Shown here: piece after piece, positions 63,255 through 64,000 of the stretch
Position numbering within the stretch: position 1 is the first letter of the stretch
How the letters are laid out: every line of letters starts with the position of its first letter
Source of the DNA: Nitrospirota bacterium
Lineage (GTDB): Bacteria; Nitrospirota; UBA9217
Assembly (NCBI GenBank): GCA_963741205.1
Contig: CAVUHW010000027.1
Location: forward strand, 1-64,000
Reading direction: 5' to 3'
DNA length: 64,000 nucleotides
Program-made: the position numbers and the translations under genes
The notes under the pieces: generated by a model
Databases searched by the model: none
What the model saw: the letters and a program-made list of their open reading frames with translations, nothing else
What the model was told of the DNA's origin: nothing

Positions 63255-63578
63255 ATGATTATCGCAACGATAAGAATGATGGTGCCTCAGGAAAAACGTC
63301 AGGAGATGCTGCAGACGGTCAGCGCGCTCACCGGAATGGCTCGAAAAGAGAGGGGGTGCCATGCCTGCGACGTGTATATTGACACGGAGAACTCCGATAC
63401 ATTCCTGATGATGGAAGAATGGGATTCCCAGGAGGACTTCGACCGCCATGTCCGCGCCTCCACCTTCAGCGCGTTGCTCGGGGCGTTGACGCTCCTGAAA
63501 GAGCGGCCGGATGTCCGGATCAACGCAGTTGCGGAAACGGCCGGCATGGAGAAGATCAAGGCCGTACGGGCGGCATGA
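63255..63578 (+). CDS. ABM-domain small protein, copy 2 (intact, 107 aa)
   Basis: RBS aaggag; MIIATIRMMVPQEKRQE..EEWDSQEDFDRH. Confidence 0.85.
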   Translation: MIIATIRMMVPQEKRQEMLQTVSALTGMARKERGCHACDVYIDTENSDTFLMMEEWDSQEDFDRHVRASTFSALLGALTLLKERPDVRINAVAETAGMEKIKAVRAA

Positions 63579-63822
63579 TCCAGGAAGGATATGGTAGCGT
63601 TGACCAATCGTTTGCCATGGGAATTTGAGGAATATATTTAAGATGAAGTGAGGGGAGTAACTATGATAAAGTTAAACATGAATAAAAGCCTATACATGAC
63701 TGTAATTATTACTATTTATCATATGCAGTCAGTCCTTAGCTTAACCAGACAGCAATGGCCTGATGGTTGACACGAAGTTTGTGATGGACACTTAATCTCC
63801 CAGGAAAAAAGAAGGACGTAAT

Positions 63823-64000
63823 ATGCGACAGGATATGGTGTGGATGGTGGTTGTTGGTATGGTGCTGGTGTTCAGTGGGGGCGCCTCGGCAGAACAGTCG
63901 TTGATCGAAAGCGTGGCAAAGGAGTGTGAAAAGGAGATTAAAGCGTACTGCAAAGACGTGACGCCCGGCGAAGGGCGGATTCTTGCCTGCCTCTATGGGC
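63823..64000 (+). CDS. Secreted cysteine-rich repeat protein, 3'-truncated by the window edge
   Basis: Signal peptide (ASA), then ECEKEIKAYCKDVTPGEGRILACL (GLG1/Cys-rich repeat pattern). Confidence 0.78.
   Translation, partial: MRQDMVWMVVVGMVLVFSGGASAEQSLIESVAKECEKEIKAYCKDVTPGEGRILACLYG

Larger units (their letters stand above)
62958..63578 (+). repeat. Copy 2 of the ~0.63 kb direct repeat
   Basis: Colinear with 31838-32488. Confidence 0.9.

Noticed and set aside
63579-63822. AT-rich intergenic stretch as an ncRNA or origin
   Set aside because: No repeats, DnaA boxes or stable structure are evident.

Overview
A GC-rich bacterial window, almost entirely + strand, from a diderm with anaerobic metabolism (Nitrospirota- or Desulfobacterota-like by gene content; the taxon is inference only). 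About 20 genes are split by single-base indels, which looks like long-read assembly error rather than true pseudogenisation. There are three blocks. (1) 1-20.5 kb is an envelope/periplasm cluster: two arylsulfatases, a Tat 5'-nucleotidase, a lipoprotein, an orphan TAXI binding protein, two beta-barrels, tandem GH63-like glucosidases around a GH13, DUF3300 with a (PGG)19 tract, DUF2950 and an AI-2E transporter. (2) 20.8-32 kb is signalling: a hybrid histidine kinase, a REC-SpoIIE / RsbW-like / STAS partner switch, REC-HD-GYP-REC, a K+ channel and a GAF-PAS sigma54 activator. (3) 32-63.6 kb is a co-oriented glycogen-to-fermentation island: glgP, multiheme cytochrome, pgm, glucokinase, AspT-family transporter, ldhA, fbaA, pfkA, pta, ackA, GNAT, pyk, gpmA, eno, gap, an FeS + AOR-family pair, flavocytochrome c, LOG, cax and glgX. 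It lacks pgk, and the FeS + AOR-family pair directly after gap is a candidate GAP:ferredoxin oxidoreductase (GOR). The island is bracketed by two copies of a ~0.63 kb module (activator 3' end, enhancer, IHF-like site, sigma54 promoter, ABM-domain gene) whose conserved blocks expose the likely activator binding site. Gene relics and several small palindromic repeat families are also visible, including a 43-44 bp element nested inside other repeats.
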